Of a DNA stretch of 64,000 bases, positions 60,807 to 64,000 are shown piece by piece (within the stretch, counting starts at the first letter, position 1; each line of letters begins with the position of its first letter). The notes beneath the pieces were generated by a model that was not told where the DNA came from, ran no database searches, and worked only from the letters and a program-made list of their open reading frames with translations. A program made the translations under genes and the position numbers. Source of the stretch: Pseudovirgaria hyperparasitica (lineage: Eukaryota); assembly GCA_010093815.1 (NCBI GenBank), contig ML996582.1; one strand, written 5' to 3'.

Positions 60807-63800
60807 ATGGCCACCACAATCATAGATGGAAGCCTGCCTATATCAAAGCTCTCGCCATCGCTACCGGATTGCGACAGCAACACGATCAGAGCCATTGTGA
60901 CACTCATATGGCCATACAGCTCGTCAACTCGGAGCTGCGCCCTTCTCCTCGCCGAGCGGGACTTTAGACTGCGTCGACACAAAGGCCAGGTCAGAGTCCA
61001 GCTATCGGGAACCTGTGCCCGTCGAGTCGCTGAGTCTGGAGTCGGAATCGGAGATGAAGTCGTACTGAGCCTAAGAGGTGCCAAATGGCTAAAGAATGAT
61101 GGCGTCATTCAGACGCCTGGCAAGAGTGTAGACTGGGAGTTGAGATACGAGCAAAAGCTGGACCTGGAGGTATGGCGTATGACATATTAGGAAAAACAAA
61201 TCCACTAACAAGAGGAGAAGATTCGAAAAGACTCACAAACACATACCATCCTCAAGGTTGATCGCAGCTCATCCCCTGGAGACTGTCCGTCGGCTGGTTT
61301 AGGTAGCATAAAAAGGACTTTAGGGCGGGTTCAGAGATCCTCCGATCAGTGGGCCTCACCAGCGTTTGCAAAGCAGCGTCTTCCTAGCGGGACATATGAG
61401 CAAGTCTTTGACCTATTTCACGACCGCGAACGAAAGAGAAGGAGGGTATCATGGCGTGGTTCCAGTGAATGGAGGCTCGTTGATGGCGAGATCAGTCCCG
61501 CAAAGGGCGATACTTTATTGGCAGATGATGAGGAAATTCTAACAGATGCCTGTGAAAGACCTTCAATGTCGCCTCTCCAACATCTTTCGACAACTAGAGG
61601 AGGAACTTCTCCTTCCCAGTCGAATGCTCTCAATAGCAATATGGCAGTGTTGGCTGGATCCGAAACTGGTTCACTCCTAAGGCCCATACATTTTGACCTG
61701 TTCAAGGTAGCCGGTCCAGAATCTCCTCCACCGGAGATTGGAGAACTTATAGATGCGCCGCATCCAGCATTCCAGTCGCCTGACACAGCTCACAATTTTG
61801 TGGAATCCTCTGCACCAGGAAATCTAGTGACTAAAGATGCTACTGAAAGCCTACCTCGACCGACCGACCATGCGCGTACTGAGGAACATGTGTCCAGCAC
61901 ACTTTCCAAGACCGAGTCAGGAACTACAGAGGCTAGAAAAGTCAATGCTGGCGTCGACGGAGTAGATCAGGGAACTCAAGTTTTGGACACTGCAAAGCTT
62001 CACGAAATTATTCGGGGAGAGCCGTTCTCGCATACACGGCATTTTACACGGCATAGTCCGGACACTGTGGACTATGCAGACTTTGAGGACGATGAAGATG
62101 AAAGTGACGACGACAGATTTGCAGCCGCGTATGATAGTACAGACGTGGATGAGACCGAGGACGGAGACGAGGACGAAGATAAAGACGAAATATACGACGA
62201 CAAAGAACAGGATTCGATGATCGGAATAGAGAAAGACATGGATGACCGGGGTGATAGTGAACACGCTTCTCTGCGATCTGATTCTGATGAGGCCTCAGAA
62301 GAGGTTGACACCAGTGGTGAAGATGGAATAGACAGCGAGGACGAGCAGTCACAGAATATGGGACGATCAACACAACACGATAGGAACTCTCAAGCTACTC
62401 TTGTCATTGTCGACCTTGCAAACGATAGCGATGATCAGACTGAAGAAGTCGTTCCAAGACCTGCGCGGACAAAACACGTAATCGACCCTTCGATCGGCCA
62501 CAATGGGGTGGGCGACAGCGATCAAGGTCAGCTTCGAACTCTGTCGCTGCCCGAACAGCATCTCGCTCCAAAAGTCGACACTGCAATGAAGCCCACATAC
62601 TTATCACCGAATACGTCCGTTCCTCTAAGCAATACCGCTCCCCACACTCCTATATTGGATCCACTGAAGTCCCCAGTGCTGCCTCTCGTGTCACCATTTC
62701 CGCATGATTTCGCACCTTCACTGGTTGAGACTTTACTTGGGCCTGACAGCCAACACATGACCGCGGGGCTCTCACAGACTGCTATCATTGCGAACCGGCC
62801 AGAAAGTATTTTCAGCCTGCAGTCCCACGTGCAGATACTGCAAGACAATACATCAACGGCTCCAGAGAAAGATCAGGAAGGTTCCGAATATGTTGGGGCA
62901 CAAGCACTAGCTTTATATCGTCAAGACTTTCAGGATTCGATAGGGACGCTTGTTCATGAACCTCAGCACGACCCGCATAAGACTAATATACGTATCAGTG
63001 ATCTGAGCAGAACTGCAGAAAACTTACTACAAGACAATACAGATGTCGCAGCTCCAAATATTAATGACGAAATCTCGATCCAGGGGTCCATTGTAAGCAT
63101 CGTAAACCATTCAAAGCAGCATAGTGTGGATTCTATTCATCAAGCATCTGAAGATTCTCGAGCTGTCACTCGATCGGCAGAAAATGGGACAGAAGAGATA
63201 GAAGCTCAATCTCGCGAGGATTACCAAGCTTGCCGTTTGTCTGTTTCCGCAGCGGACGAGTCACAACTTGATCGAGGAAGGGTAATATATGAAGCCGCTA
63301 ATGGAAAGATGCACCCGCCTAGTAGCAGCTTCATATCGCCCCAGTCGAGCACCAATCCAGACATATATGGAATTCCACCTTCTACAGAGACAACAATTAT
63401 CGATCTTGGCAGCGACGACGAAGATAGTGAAGTTGATCATAACAGATCTATCTCTAAAGACCAACCCCCGGACACTGAAACTTCGGAGGATCATCTTTCG
63501 ATGCGAACCTCGCAGGATCAGGCGGAGGATACTGACATATGCGATAACGGTACGAACGAGGGCCGCGATGAGGAATATACTAGCCTACACACTGGTGGAG
63601 ATGCTAGAGATGGCTATGATTATGGCGAAGACGTCGACAATGCTTTGTCATCGCCATCATCATCGCTGTCTAGTTTGCCAGAACTTTCTGTGTTGTTAAC
63701 ACAGACAGCGTCTCAGCACAAAGCCCCCCAACATCGAGTGAAAGGCAAAGTAGAGCCGCCGAAGTCGTCTCTGAAAGGTAGCAGAAGATCTACAGAACAT

Positions 63801-64000
63801 GTCTTATTTGTCAAAGACTCGGAGGAGCCCAGTCTGCTCTCAGATGCAACAATCTCTACGCAAGTTACCTCTGATGCCGATACGGATTTCCCCGGCGACT
63901 TACGTGATCATGAAACTGGCACAGGTTCTATGGCAGTGGTCAATGCTGTCGATGATGTTCCCATTACTGATACGATACGAAACTGGAAGGATCTAGACTC
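60807..64000 (+). CDS. Large protein with an N-terminal OB-fold-like domain and a long acidic low-complexity region (resembles Pezizomycotina proteins annotated with a POT1/Cdc13-type ssDNA-binding domain); runs off the window
   Basis: Exon 1 'AIVTLIWPYSSS..LLLAE.DFRLRR.KGQVRV..G..A..GIGDEVVLSL.GA.W'. Intron ~61170-61220 (GTATGG..CTAAC..AAG). Exon 2 'WASPAF..RKRRR.W' appears to stay open to base 64000 at the points checked. Confidence 0.65.

Overview
Filamentous ascomycete (Pezizomycotina-type) genomic DNA with two sharply separated compartments. Bases 1 to about 23,120 are an AT-rich block wrecked by repeat-induced point mutation (RIP). It resolves, with target-site duplications (TSDs) at each level, into four nested elements: a hAT DNA transposon, interrupted by a chromovirus-type Ty3/Gypsy element A (+, 529-bp LTRs), interrupted by a full-length LINE (+), interrupted by a second chromovirus, element B (-, 238-bp LTRs). 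After mentally reversing RIP, both unrelated Gypsy elements appear to carry an extra antisense, intron-containing gene between pol and the 3' LTR, encoding a Zn2Cys6-like Cys cluster followed by a coiled coil. This is the most novel-looking signal in the window. The LINE coding region is bracketed by two copies of the same palindrome. Bases about 23,120 to 64,000 are gene-dense: a GH81 glucanase, UTP14, mitoribosomal mL41, a PLP aminotransferase, a decayed HET-domain relic, LYS2, SEC3, SRP40, a DUF1295 protein, an ENA-type P-ATPase, a cis-prenyltransferase, GID7/WDR26, and the start of a large OB-fold protein. All calls were made by eye; reconstructed de-RIP peptides are inferences.
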